Shown: positions 1 through 9,731, counted from the stretch's first letter. The stretch: DNA of 64,000 nt from Candidatus Woesearchaeota archaeon (GCA_964530945.1 CAZHCJ010000001.1:2140-66139), one strand, 5' to 3'. Notes: generated by a model from the letters alone, not told the origin. A program made the numbers and translations.

Positions 1-2223
1 ATCCGAGACGCGTTAGTTGAAGCATTTTTTGAAGGGAAAAAGGAGGCAAAAAAGCGTGTTCAAAACGCCATAAACAAGTCTAACGACATGGCTGCTGTTT
101 TTGATGCCGCTAAAACAAAAAAGTTTGAAAAACTTGAAAAAATAAAACTCCAAGTTGGAAAGCCAATAAAAGTTATGCTTGCCCAAAAAGCAAAAAATGT
201 TAAAGAAGCGTTCAAAGCCGTAGGAAAACCTGCAGCTGTAGAATTTAAATACGATGGATTTCGTTGCGTCACAGGACATACTTCTATTTATGAAAAAAAG
301 AAAGGGATAATTTCTATTAAGGATATAAAAGTTAATGATAATGTTTTAACTCATAAAGGAAATTTCAAAAAAGTAATTGCGATAAATAAAAGGATTATCG
401 ATAAAAAAGAAAGGTTGTTTGAGCTTCAATCCTTTTTAGGAAATGGTTTCAGAATTACAGAAAAACATCGCGTTTTTGTTTGCAGAAACGAAAAAATTCA
501 ATGGATGCCTGTGGAAAAAATGAAAAAGTCAGATGAATTGGTTTTCCCTTTACATAAAATAAAAGAAAAGAATATTTTAGAAAGAAGTTTGAAATTAGGA
601 AATAGTGCAGGTTATGAAAAAAACATCCCTGTGAATAAGTTTTTTTTCAGGTTTTTGGGTTATTGGATAGGGGATGGATTCACAAATAATTATCATAATA
701 CGGAAAGATGTGGAATTATTTTTAACAAAAAAACAGAAAGAAAATTATGCGATTACTATAAAAAAAATATAAAAAAATATTTTGGGATTAAAAAAATATC
801 TGAAAATATTCATAATGGTGCAATATACCTTTATTGGAGAGATAAACCATTTAGGATTTGGCTCTCTAAAAATTTTAGAAGAGAATGGAAAGGAAAAATG
901 TTGCCTGACTGGTTCTTTGGAATTTCTAAAGAAAATTTTGAAGAATTTTTAAAAGGTTGGATTGAATCTGATGGGCATAAAGATGGTATCGGGAGAATAA
1001 GTATAACTACAAAAGAAAGAGATTTAGCTACGATAGCACAACTTATTGCATTACAATTCAAAAAAGTTATAGGAATTAAAAAAATAAGGATAAACAATTC
1101 CACATATTATAAAATTATCATTCCTAAAACTAGCAAATATTTTAGATTTAAAAATAAAAATTTGCTTGTTAAAATATTTAAATTTAAAGAAATAAACAGA
1201 CCTGATCCAAGAATTCGTCTTTATAATCTCCAAGTAGAAGGCGATGAAAGTTATTGTACTACACTAGCAACGCTTCACAACTGTTTAATACATAAAAAAG
1301 AAACTGGCGAGATTATTCTTTTTACACGTCGTTTAGAAAATGTAACAAAACAGTTTCCTGAAGTGAAAGCTTACATAGAAAAATATGTTAGTGGCAAATC
1401 GTTCATTCTTGATTCTGAAGCCGTTGGTTTTGACAAAAAAACTAAAGAATACAAACCTTTCCAAGAAATAAGCCAAAGAATTCGGCGCAAGTATGACATT
1501 GACAAACTGAAAGAAAAACTTCCTATTGAAGTAAACGTTTTTGATGCATTGTATTACAATGGAAAATCTCTTTTAGATATGCCATTCAAAAAGCGTTCTG
1601 AGATTGTGAGAAAAGCTGTTAAACCGCATCCTTACAAAATAATAAGCTCAAAACAAATAATAACATCAAGCGAGAGTAAGGCACAGAAATTCTACGAACA
1701 AGCATTGAAAGACAGACAAGAAGGAGTTATGTTTAAAAACCTCGATGCAAAATACCAGCCCGGAAGCAGAGTAGGACACATGTTAAAAATAAAACCTGAA
1801 GAACGTGACTTGGATTTAGTAATCACAGGGGCAGAATATGGCACAGGAAAAAGAAGTGGTTGGCTTTCAAGCTTCATTCTCTCTTGTTATGATGAAAAGA
1901 AAAAGAAATTTCTTGAGATTGGAAAAGTTGGTACGGGAATAAAGGAAAAAGATAAGATGGGTATCTCATTTGGCGAACTCACAAAAAGACTAAAACCCCA
2001 CATCACAAAAGAAAAAGGCAAAAAAGTGTATATTAAACCGCACTTAGTTGTTTCTGTAACTTATCAAGAAATCCAACATTCTCCAAATTACAATTCTAAC
2101 TTTGCATTGCGTTTCCCACGTTTCACTGCTTTACGCCCTGATAGAAAACCCCAAGATATAACAACTTTGCAAGAAGTGATAAAAGATTACGAAAGCCAAA
2201 AAAGAAATTATAAGTATGGATAA
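1..2223 (+). CDS. lig: ATP-dependent DNA ligase. 5' partial: the reading frame is open from window position 1 and there is an ATG at 88. Interrupted by an intein.
   Basis: Motif I KYDGFR at aa 55-59 of the ATG-started ORF. After the intein: CLIHK...FTRRLENVTKQFPEV, FILDSEAV (motif III), EGVMFK (motif IV), LKIK (motif V). Frame 1 has no stop between nt 1 and 88. Confidence 0.9.
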   Translation: MRDALVEAFFEGKKEAKKRVQNAINKSNDMAAVFDAAKTKKFEKLEKIKLQVGKPIKVMLAQKAKNVKEAFKAVGKPAAVEFKYDGFRCVTGHTSIYEKKKGIISIKDIKVNDNVLTHKGNFKKVIAINKRIIDKKERLFELQSFLGNGFRITEKHRVFVCRNEKIQWMPVEKMKKSDELVFPLHKIKEKNILERSLKLGNSAGYEKNIPVNKFFFRFLGYWIGDGFTNNYHNTERCGIIFNKKTERKLCDYYKKNIKKYFGIKKISENIHNGAIYLYWRDKPFRIWLSKNFRREWKGKMLPDWFFGISKENFEEFLKGWIESDGHKDGIGRISITTKERDLATIAQLIALQFKKVIGIKKIRINNSTYYKIIIPKTSKYFRFKNKNLLVKIFKFKEINRPDPRIRLYNLQVEGDESYCTTLATLHNCLIHKKETGEIILFTRRLENVTKQFPEVKAYIEKYVSGKSFILDSEAVGFDKKTKEYKPFQEISQRIRRKYDIDKLKEKLPIEVNVFDALYYNGKSLLDMPFKKRSEIVRKAVKPHPYKIISSKQIITSSESKAQKFYEQALKDRQEGVMFKNLDAKYQPGSRVGHMLKIKPEERDLDLVITGAEYGTGKRSGWLSSFILSCYDEKKKKFLEIGKVGTGIKEKDKMGISFGELTKRLKPHITKEKGKKVYIKPHLVVSVTYQEIQHSPNYNSNFALRFPRFTALRPDRKPQDITTLQEVIKDYESQKRNYKYG
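265..1281 (+). other. Intein (339 aa) with a LAGLIDADG homing-endonuclease core, inserted directly after ligase motif I.
   Basis: Starts with Cys (TGC at 265-267) right after KYDGFR. Ends ...TLATLHN (AAC at 1279-1281) followed by the +1 extein Cys (CLIHK). Two LAGLIDADG-like blocks: FLGYWIGDGF and KGWIESDGHK. Confidence 0.8.
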
Positions 2224-2288
2224 TTCACAAAGATTAAAAATATTTATATTCTTGGCTCAAAACAAATTCCGACGACGCCTTTTAAATT

Positions 2289-2318
2289 CTTTATAAAGGA
2301 ATTCGAAGCCTTTATAAA
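2289..2318 (+). promoter_or_regulatory. Two CTTTATAAA TATA-like boxes flanking a GAATTC palindrome upstream of tbp
   Basis: cTTTATAAAggaattcgaagccTTTATAAAtg at 2289-2320. Matches the archaeal TATA consensus (TTTAWATA-like). ATG at 2377. Confidence 0.4.
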
Positions 2319-2376
2319 TGAGTTTCGCTCTCAAATAATAGTAAAAAAACCTTGGAAACAACAGAAAAACCAAAAA

Positions 2377-2940
2377 ATGGCCAAAAAAGGACGAAGCACT
2401 TACAAAATCCAAAACATTGTAGCAACTACTTCTCTTGAAAAACCCATTCCTTTAACAAAATTGGCAAGAACACAACCAAACACAGAATACAATCCTGAAA
2501 CATTTCCAGGATTGGTTTTAAGAATTAAAGAACCCAAATCTGCCGTTTTAGTCTTCAGTTCAGGGAATCTTGTTTGCACCGGAACAAAATCAGTAGCCCA
2601 AGTACGTCGAGTAATTCAAGAAGTAATAAAACAACTTAAAAAAATAAATGTTAAGATTACAACAAAACCTAAAATAACTGTTCAAAATATTGTGGCAAGT
2701 GGAACAATAAATCTCAAACTTAATCTTAACTACTTCGCATTAGAAATGGAAAACACAGAATACGAACCCGAACAATTTCCTGGCTTGGTTTACAAACTTT
2801 TAGAGCCTAACGCAACATTCCTTTTATTCACAAACGGAAAGCTTGTTTGTACTGGGACAAAAAACCGAAAACAGCTTGAATACAGCATGGAACAACTTCT
2901 AAAAAACGTTAAGGAAGTTTTGAAAGGTTATCGTAAGTGA
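2377..2940 (+). CDS. tbp: TATA-box binding protein
   Basis: Two direct repeats: IQNIVATTSL...FPGLVLRIKEPKSAVLVFSSGNLVCTGTKS and VQNIVASGTI...FPGLVYKLLEPNATFLLFTNGKLVCTGTKN. Confidence 0.95.
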   Translation: MAKKGRSTYKIQNIVATTSLEKPIPLTKLARTQPNTEYNPETFPGLVLRIKEPKSAVLVFSSGNLVCTGTKSVAQVRRVIQEVIKQLKKINVKITTKPKITVQNIVASGTINLKLNLNYFALEMENTEYEPEQFPGLVYKLLEPNATFLLFTNGKLVCTGTKNRKQLEYSMEQLLKNVKEVLKGYRK

Positions 2941-3006
2941 AATCTCAACTCCCACCCCTCAAAAGTAACCTTTATCTTTCTAAAACAACAAATTTTTCAC
3001 AACAAA

Positions 3007-3015
3007 CTATAAAAA
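3007..3015 (+). promoter_or_regulatory. TATA box (CTATAAAAA) about 25 nt upstream of the mcm ATG
   Basis: aaaCTATAAAAAtcaaaccagtgtattttttatATG. The spacing is consistent with a leaderless archaeal transcript. Confidence 0.35.
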
Positions 3016-3036
3016 TCAAACCAGTGTATTTTTTAT

Positions 3037-6000
3037 ATGGTTGAAAAAAATCTAAAAAAGAGGGAATCTAAAAAAGAGGATTTGATGATTGAGGCAAAAG
3101 GTTTCTTTGAATCTTACAAAAAAGAAATCGGACAATCATTAAAAAGAGGTAAGGGGGCAATATTCGTTGATTTTATGAGAATCACTGAGCATAGCAGCAA
3201 GCTTTCTGAAGAACTCCTTGTCAATCCAGAAGAAACCCTAAGATTAGTTGAAGTCGCCATAGAAGAACTTGGGTTGATAGATAGTGCTCGTGTGCGTCTT
3301 TTTAACCTTCCCGAAAGCCAGGAAATAGAAATAGGGAACATACGCTCACGTAATTTAAACGAGATGATAGTCATTGAAGGAATTGTCCGCCAAGCTTCTG
3401 AGGTTAGACCACAGGTTGTCAATGCAAAATTCGAATGTCCTAGTTGTGGAACAACTATTTCTGTAATGCAAATGGAAAAAAAATTTCGTGAACCTTCTAG
3501 ATGTTCCTGTGGCCGTAGAGGAGGGTTTAAACTAATTTCTAAAGAGATGGTAGATACACAACGTTTAGTAGTGGAAGAAGCTCCTGAATCCCTTTCAGGA
3601 GGAGAACAACCAAAACGTATGAATGCGTTTCTTAAGGAAGACCTTGTAGAACCAAGCATGGAAGAAAAAACAACTCCTGGTAGCCGAGTAAAAGTAATCG
3701 GTGTTTTAAAAGAAGTCCCGGTTCCAATGCGGACGGGAGGATTATCAACACGTTTTGAATTGGCATTAGAAGTAAACAACATCATTCCTTTGGAAGAAAC
3801 ATTTGAAGATTTAGACATTAATGAAGAAGATGAAAGACAAATTCTTGAATTGTCTCAAGACCCAAAGCTCTATGAAAAACTCAAAAAGAGCATGATTCCA
3901 AGTGTTTGGGGTTATGATGAAATAAAGAAATCTTTAGTCCTGCAATTATTCGGAGGGGTGAGGAAAACCCATGCAGATGGCCAAATAAGTCGTGGCGACT
4001 TCCACATTCTTTTAATTGGAGATCCAGGTGTTGCAAAATCTGCAACTTTGGGCTTTATGGCACGTATCGCCCCCAAAGGACGTTACGTAGTAGGAAAATC
4101 TACAAGCGGAGCTGGATTGACTGCAACTGTTGTTCGTGATGAATATTTAAGAGGTTGGAGCTTAGAAGCAGGTACCATGGTTTTGGCAAACAAAGGCCTT
4201 GTTTGTATTGATGAATTAGAAAAAATGGACCCTCAAGATAGAAGCGCCATGCACGAAGCAATGGAACAACAATGCATGTTGCCAAATTTCGAACTTCTCC
4301 TTTCAAACGGAAAAAATGTTTCAATAGGAAAACTCGTAGATAATCTCATTGAAAAAAACAAAAAATCAGTCTACAAAGGCAAAGATTGTGAAATTTTGCC
4401 TGTAAAAAATCTTGAACTCTTATCTACAGATTTTCAAAAGCATTTTCCCATAAAAGCAGACAGAATCAGCCGCCACAAGGCTCCAAAAGAATTCGTAAAA
4501 ATAACGCTTTCAAATGGGAGAGAGATAACCGTGACTCCAGAACATCCTTGCTGGATTGTTAAAAATGGAGAAATAACAACAATTCCTGCAGAAAAATTGA
4601 AAGAGGGTGGATTTTTCCCTGTTCCCTCAAAAATTGATATAAATGAAAAAAAGTATAAAAAGAAAAATGATGTGTTGTGTAAAATTCTAGGCTATCATAT
4701 TTCTGATGGTTGCTACGAACTAAACAGGGGTAAAAAGAACGGTATACAATTCTGGAACAATGATAAAAAACTTATTGATGATTATAGGATGGCCGTTGAA
4801 GATTACTTCAATGTGAAAACAAGTTTAACTCAAAGAAAACACCAATACGCTGTAAGAGTTGTTTCAAAAAAGGTTGTTGAAAAAATCAAGAAAATAGATA
4901 AAAATTTGTTGGAAAAAGGGAATATTAAAAAAATTCCTGAAAAGATAATGCAACTCCCAAAAGAAAACATAAAATATCTCTTAAGGACCCTCTTTGATGG
5001 GGATGGAACGGTAGTTCTTCAAAAAAGAGGAAGTTGTAAGGTGACTTTAACTACTGAAAACAAAGATTTAGCAAAACAAGTTTCAGATTTACTTTTAAGA
5101 TTTGGGATTCAATCTTCAATATTCAAAGATAAGAATTTTAAGAAAGTGGACATCAGCGGACAAGAAAACCTAGGCTTATTCCTTAGAGAAATAAGCTTCT
5201 TATCTCAAAAGAAAAAGAATAGGTTGAAAAAATATTGTGAAAAAGAAAAAACATACCGTTCTATCAGAGACATAATTCCAGGGTGTACTGAAAAAATAAA
5301 TGAAATTTTCAAAAAATTAAAAATTTCTGCAAGAAAAGAAATAGGTCACTCTATAGATTTGGGAGTTGAAAAACACAGAATTTTCCTTCAAAAACTTGTT
5401 CTCATAGCAAAAAAGAAAATTTCTAAGATAAAAAACCCAAATAAAAAAATAGTTAGAGATTTAGAAAATATAGAAAGATTAGCTTTTGGATATTCTAGAT
5501 GGGTTAAAATAAAAAAAGTAGAAAAAATAAAAAATGAAGGAATACCTTGGGTTTATGATGTAACTATCGAGCCTTTCCACACCTTCATATCAAATGGCAT
5601 GGTTTTGCATAACACTGTAACCATCAGCAAAGCCAATGTTCATGCAACTTTAAGATCCCAAACATCTGTATTAGCAGCCGCAAACCCCAAATTTGGCCGT
5701 TTCGACCCTTATCAATCTATTTCTAGACAAATTGATTTACCTCCAACATTAATTAACCGTTTTGATGTTATCTTCCCTTTGCGTGATTTGCCTGATAAAA
5801 ACAAAGATGAAAAAATTGCTCAACACGTTTTAAGAGAACACCAAGAAACCGGTCAAGAGATGTTTATTCCTAAAGAGCTATTAAGAAAATATGTTGCTTA
5901 TGCTAAGCAAAGAGTGAAACCCATGTTAAGCGATGAAGCAGTCAAAGAAATAAAAAAATTCTATGTGGACTTAAGAAACATGCCTGTAAGCTCAGAAAGC

Positions 6001-6411
6001 TCAATGAAACCAATTCCCATATCTGCAAGACAACTCCAAGCATTAATTCGTTTATCTGAGGCAGCTGCAAAAATGCGCTTAAGCCAAGAGGTCACTTTAG
6101 AAGATACAGAAAGAGCAATTGAAATAATGAAATACTATCTTATGCAAGTCGGTTATGACTACGAATCAAAAACATTCGACATAGATCGTGGAACGGGTGG
6201 AATGCCCGCATCCGAGAGAAATAAAGTCTTCTTAGTAAGGGATACGATCACCCAATTAGAAGAAAAACTCGGAAAAATGATCCCCATAGAAGAAATAGAA
6301 AATGCTTTAGAAGACAAAATGTCAAAAACAGAAATTGAAGAAGCAATAACTAAATTAGATATAAGCGGAGTGATTTTCAAACCACGCCGTGGATATGTCG
6401 GAAAGACCTAA
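3037..6411 (+). CDS. mcm: MCM replicative helicase, interrupted by an intein
   Basis: C4 zinc finger CPSCG...CSCG. Walker A ILLIGDPGVAKS. Walker B CIDELEKMD. HEAMEQQ | intein | TVTISKANVHATLRSQTSVLAAANP. C-terminal winged-helix region. Confidence 0.95.
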   Translation: MVEKNLKKRESKKEDLMIEAKGFFESYKKEIGQSLKRGKGAIFVDFMRITEHSSKLSEELLVNPEETLRLVEVAIEELGLIDSARVRLFNLPESQEIEIGNIRSRNLNEMIVIEGIVRQASEVRPQVVNAKFECPSCGTTISVMQMEKKFREPSRCSCGRRGGFKLISKEMVDTQRLVVEEAPESLSGGEQPKRMNAFLKEDLVEPSMEEKTTPGSRVKVIGVLKEVPVPMRTGGLSTRFELALEVNNIIPLEETFEDLDINEEDERQILELSQDPKLYEKLKKSMIPSVWGYDEIKKSLVLQLFGGVRKTHADGQISRGDFHILLIGDPGVAKSATLGFMARIAPKGRYVVGKSTSGAGLTATVVRDEYLRGWSLEAGTMVLANKGLVCIDELEKMDPQDRSAMHEAMEQQCMLPNFELLLSNGKNVSIGKLVDNLIEKNKKSVYKGKDCEILPVKNLELLSTDFQKHFPIKADRISRHKAPKEFVKITLSNGREITVTPEHPCWIVKNGEITTIPAEKLKEGGFFPVPSKIDINEKKYKKKNDVLCKILGYHISDGCYELNRGKKNGIQFWNNDKKLIDDYRMAVEDYFNVKTSLTQRKHQYAVRVVSKKVVEKIKKIDKNLLEKGNIKKIPEKIMQLPKENIKYLLRTLFDGDGTVVLQKRGSCKVTLTTENKDLAKQVSDLLLRFGIQSSIFKDKNFKKVDISGQENLGLFLREISFLSQKKKNRLKKYCEKEKTYRSIRDIIPGCTEKINEIFKKLKISARKEIGHSIDLGVEKHRIFLQKLVLIAKKKISKIKNPNKKIVRDLENIERLAFGYSRWVKIKKVEKIKNEGIPWVYDVTIEPFHTFISNGMVLHNTVTISKANVHATLRSQTSVLAAANPKFGRFDPYQSISRQIDLPPTLINRFDVIFPLRDLPDKNKDEKIAQHVLREHQETGQEMFIPKELLRKYVAYAKQRVKPMLSDEAVKEIKKFYVDLRNMPVSSESSMKPIPISARQLQALIRLSEAAAKMRLSQEVTLEDTERAIEIMKYYLMQVGYDYESKTFDIDRGTGGMPASERNKVFLVRDTITQLEEKLGKMIPIEEIENALEDKMSKTEIEEAITKLDISGVIFKPRRGYVGKT
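4273..5613 (+). other. Intein (447 aa, LAGLIDADG type) in MCM
   Basis: Begins CMLPNFE (TGC at 4273) directly after EQQ. Ends MVLHN (AAC at 5611-5613) followed by the +1 extein Thr. LAGLIDADG-like blocks ILGYHISDGC and LRTLFDGDGT. Confidence 0.85.
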
Positions 6412-6451
6412 TCAAATAAACTTATAAACAAAACTTCTCTTTAAAAGACCA

Positions 6452-7096
6452 ATGGCGGATCAAAAATATAAAAGAAACACTGCATACAAATTTCGTATAG
6501 GAGACATTCTCGCAGGCAAACCCATAGTAAACCAAGTCGAAGGGAAAGACCGTTTTCAATTCTTAGAACTAGGGGACAAAAAAATTGCCAGAATCAATCT
6601 AGTTGGGAACATTGTAGATAAATATGAAGGCCAAGGCGACACAAATTTCCTCTCTTTGACTCTCGATGACGGTTCGGGGCAAATCCGTCTCAAGACTTTT
6701 GGAGATGATGTTGAGAAGTTCAAAGAAATCACACAGGGAACAACTGTAATCGCAATAGGTGTTTTAAGATACTGGAATGATGAGCTTTATCTCAGTCCCG
6801 AGATACTCAGAGAAACCGACCCCAAATATCTTCTATTGAGAAAACTCGAAACAGAAAAACTAAGAAACGAAATCTCTCAAAACAAACCCATAGGGAAAAA
6901 CAATAATGGTGCTGTAAAAGACAAAATACTTGATTTGATTAAAGATGCCGAAGAAAAAGGGGGAATTGAAATGGACGAAATGATAATGAATCTCAGAGAT
7001 TTCTCTCCAGATTTAATCAATCAAGAAGTCCAAAAACTTCTTGAAGAAGGCATAGCTTTCGAACCTCGCCCAGGAAAAATAAGGTATTTAGGATGA
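6452..7096 (+). CDS. OB-fold ssDNA-binding protein, RPA32-like, with a C-terminal winged helix. Assigned by motif architecture only.
   Basis: OB-fold-like core (ARINLVGNIVDKYEG...FLSLTLDDGSGQIRLKTFGDD...VIAIGVLRYWNDELYLSPE). C-terminal wH-like GGIEMDEMIMNLRDFSPDLINQEVQKLLEEGIAFEPRPGKIRYL. Sits next to mcm. Confidence 0.5.
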   Translation: MADQKYKRNTAYKFRIGDILAGKPIVNQVEGKDRFQFLELGDKKIARINLVGNIVDKYEGQGDTNFLSLTLDDGSGQIRLKTFGDDVEKFKEITQGTTVIAIGVLRYWNDELYLSPEILRETDPKYLLLRKLETEKLRNEISQNKPIGKNNNGAVKDKILDLIKDAEEKGGIEMDEMIMNLRDFSPDLINQEVQKLLEEGIAFEPRPGKIRYLG

Positions 7097-7157
7097 TTAT
7101 TAGTCTCTAGAAATTTCTCAACAAAACATTTATATATGTATTATAATATATTATAAT

Positions 7158-7907
7158 ATGGAAACCATAACTAAAAAGACTAGGGAAGTTGGAACTTCAT
7201 CAGGAGTTTTATTGCCAAGAAAATGGCTTAACAAAGAAGTAATTGTAACTCTCTTAGAAAAATCCCAAAAAAGAATCGCAAAAGATGTTCTAGAAATTCT
7301 TTTCAAAAAAAATCTGAACGAAGAAATAAAAGGAATTTACCTCGTTGGTTCTTATGCCCGGGACGAACAAGACGCAAATAGTGATATAGATGTTTTAGTA
7401 ATCACTCAAAATACAAGCAAATTGATCAATCATGAAAATTACGAGATTCTTTTAATTCCAGAAAAAAATTTTAAAAAAAATCTTCCGAATAATCTTAATT
7501 ATTTATCTATGTTAAAAGAAGCAGAAAGCTTAGTTAATAAAGGGTTGATAAAAAAATATTCCTCTAAAAAATACTCTCCAAACTTCAAACGAAACTTGGA
7601 AGAGATAAAGAATATTATGGATATAAATAAAGAAAGTGTTGAAATTTATGGCGAGTTGAATAAAAATGTTTCTGACGGGGTGATCTACTCCATTATATTG
7701 AGACTTAGAGAACTTTACCTAATAAAATGTCTAATCAGCAACAAAAAATATTACAAAAAAAAATTTATGCAATCTGTGAATAAAAAAACTTATGACGCGT
7801 ATTTAAGAATAAAGAGAAATGAAAAAGAAAAAAATGTTGTTTCCGTGGATGAAGCAAAAAAACTTTTAAGTTTATATAAAGAATGGTTAAAAGAGATAAA
7901 AGATTGA
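7158..7907 (+). CDS. Fusion protein with an N-terminal AbrB/MazE-like (swapped-hairpin) domain and a minimal nucleotidyltransferase (Pol-beta superfamily) domain
   Basis: N-terminus TREVGTSSGVLLPRKWLNKEVIVTL (AbrB/SpoVT-like). NTase motif GSYARDEQDANSDIDVLVI (GS...D.D). Confidence 0.6.
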   Translation: METITKKTREVGTSSGVLLPRKWLNKEVIVTLLEKSQKRIAKDVLEILFKKNLNEEIKGIYLVGSYARDEQDANSDIDVLVITQNTSKLINHENYEILLIPEKNFKKNLPNNLNYLSMLKEAESLVNKGLIKKYSSKKYSPNFKRNLEEIKNIMDINKESVEIYGELNKNVSDGVIYSIILRLRELYLIKCLISNKKYYKKKFMQSVNKKTYDAYLRIKRNEKEKNVVSVDEAKKLLSLYKEWLKEIKD

Positions 7908-8140
7908 AAAAAGGAATTCAATCTCTTAAAGAACAAATAGGAAAGCATTTCTCAAAAATAGAAAAAGCTATTCAAGAAAAGAAATTTGAACTTGGAAGAT
8001 ACCATACAAAAGAAATAGATAAAAGCCTCATAAGGGCATTGGAACTTAAGCTAAAAATTCTTGAAACCAATGATAATTCTGTTAAAAAATACAGAAAAAG
8101 GTTAAAAGAGATGGAAAAAGAATTAGATTCATTAGAATAA
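7883..8140 (+). CDS. Small coiled-coil hypothetical protein that overlaps the 3' end of the NTase gene
   Basis: 85-aa ORF, K/E-rich and helical. No recognisable motif; no HEPN R-x4-6-H. Confidence 0.3.
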   Translation: MVKRDKRLKKGIQSLKEQIGKHFSKIEKAIQEKKFELGRYHTKEIDKSLIRALELKLKILETNDNSVKKYRKRLKEMEKELDSLE

Positions 8141-8758
8141 TTACTTTTTCTTAACTTTCTTCTTTCCTTTCTTGTCTAAACTAAACATTTCATTAAAATA
8201 ATACGCGAGCCAAATCAATGCAGCCAACCCCAATAAAGAAAGTACAAACTTCAGCCAATCGTCAGCATATTTCCAAAATTCTCCGATTCCCCAAAGAATC
8301 ACTCCGACACCTCCTGCCATAAGCCCGGCACCAACGCTCTCTAATCCAAAAACCAAAGCCCCGATTGCAATAATCACCAATCCAAGAATTAAAGTTATAA
8401 AAAATAAGTTTCTTGAATAATCTTCCCGAGCTTGTTCATAAGCATCAAAACAAGTCTCTCCAGACAAAACTATTTCGCACTGTGCCTGTGTTTCAAAAGT
8501 ATTCACTCCATCAGGCCCACACCCTGACCCGCACTCGTTAAACTCACAGGTTTGGATTTCAGGATTAATTTCCCACATCTCCACACAAACCGCAGGGCAA
8601 ACACTTTCATTACCATCTATTGCCCTTGGATAACGGTCGGAAGAACAAAAATCATTGTACTCCGGATTGTCTCCATAAAAAAGATTTATCCCATTGACTG
8701 CAACAGCTATGGTTAATATAAGTATTGCAATTCCAATAACATAATTCTTTAGACTCAT
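8141..8758 (-). CDS. Cys-rich membrane protein. N-terminal signal anchor, a 13-Cys ectodomain, and C-terminal TM helices with a poly-Lys tail.
   Basis: MSLKNYVIGIAILILTIAVAV (TM). CSSD...CPAVCVEMW...CEFNECGSGCGPDG...CEIVLSGETC. Two C-terminal hydrophobic helices and KKGKKKVKKK. Confidence 0.5.
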   Translation of the reverse strand: MSLKNYVIGIAILILTIAVAVNGINLFYGDNPEYNDFCSSDRYPRAIDGNESVCPAVCVEMWEINPEIQTCEFNECGSGCGPDGVNTFETQAQCEIVLSGETCFDAYEQAREDYSRNLFFITLILGLVIIAIGALVFGLESVGAGLMAGGVGVILWGIGEFWKYADDWLKFVLSLLGLAALIWLAYYFNEMFSLDKKGKKKVKKK

Positions 8759-8848
8759 TCTACTCTAAAACAGTTTAAAGAGATTTATAAAACTTATCAC
8801 ACACTAAAACACAATAATTTTTTTAAATGGGAAAAAATTGGGCAATTA

Positions 8849-9199
8849 ATGGACAAAATAAAACTAAAAGGATTAGAAAATTATGTTGTTCTAGAGTTTG
8901 CAGAAGGCACTTGGGAATCCAGAGTAGTTGATGCGAATCACGCAATGGAAAGATATGGAGATAAACTAGAGATAAATATTAATCCTCATGAAGAAACATG
9001 GTCTTTCAATCCTAACTTAGATTCAAATGAAAAACCAAAAAGATATTCTATAGGAAACAGTAGGCCTGATGCAAGAACTGAAGATGGAGGTATCATTGGT
9101 GTTTATGATAAAAGGAATACTGGCCATTTAGGCTCAATGGTGAGGGTCTGGGGCGAAATAACAAGGGGGTTGGAAAATCCTTTTTCAACAACCAAATAG
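8849..9199 (+). CDS. Hypothetical protein
   Basis: 116-aa ORF with ordinary composition. No motif recognised. Confidence 0.35.
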   Translation: MDKIKLKGLENYVVLEFAEGTWESRVVDANHAMERYGDKLEININPHEETWSFNPNLDSNEKPKRYSIGNSRPDARTEDGGIIGVYDKRNTGHLGSMVRVWGEITRGLENPFSTTK

Positions 9200-9242
9200 A
9201 TATCCTCAAAAGACTTATATACTTCTGTTTTGAAAATATCGC

Positions 9243-9662
9243 ATGGCAAAAGAAGAATATGAAAAGCTTTTAGAAGAGGCATACAAATCAGTTAAGCAAC
9301 CAAAAGGCACCGAAGAGCGTTTTGAAATTCCAAAAGTGAAAGGGCACTTTGAAGGTAAAAAAACTCTTATTACAAACTTCTCTCAAATTGTTTCTTACTT
9401 AAGAAGAAAACCTGAACATTTGCAAAAGTTTCTATTGAAAGGTTTGGCAGTTTCTGGACAAAGAGAATCAGATCGCTTAGTCTTAAACAGAAACGTTCCA
9501 AGCTCAAAAATTAATGAAAAAATAGCCCGATATGCAAAAGAGTTTATTATATGTAAAGAATGTGGGAAGCCAGACACCGAGTTAAAAAAAGATTCTTCTG
9601 CACGTGTCAGTGTAATGCACTGCTTGGCTTGTGGAGCAAAACACCCTGTCCATAGTGTTTGA
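9243..9662 (+). CDS. Translation initiation factor aIF-2 beta subunit
   Basis: DRLVLNRNVPSSKINEKIARYAKEFIICKECGKPDTEL...CLACGA. C4 zinc ribbon in the eIF2-beta/eIF5 fold. Confidence 0.85.
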   Translation: MAKEEYEKLLEEAYKSVKQPKGTEERFEIPKVKGHFEGKKTLITNFSQIVSYLRRKPEHLQKFLLKGLAVSGQRESDRLVLNRNVPSSKINEKIARYAKEFIICKECGKPDTELKKDSSARVSVMHCLACGAKHPVHSV

Positions 9663-9731
9663 AGTAAAACATAACACTTTAAAACATAAAAAACATCTTA
9701 TTTTTAACAAAATACTAAACATGGAGGTAAA

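Noticed and set aside
3114-3818. 234-aa ORF antisense to mcm. Similar antisense ORFs occur at 13934..14398 in ftsZ, 45486..46151 in leuS, 49423..49701 opposite the K-rich gene, and 38628..39095 opposite tfe.
   Set aside because: Entirely inside strongly supported genes on the other strand. Compositions are typical of shadow ORFs: Ser/Leu/Phe-rich low complexity.
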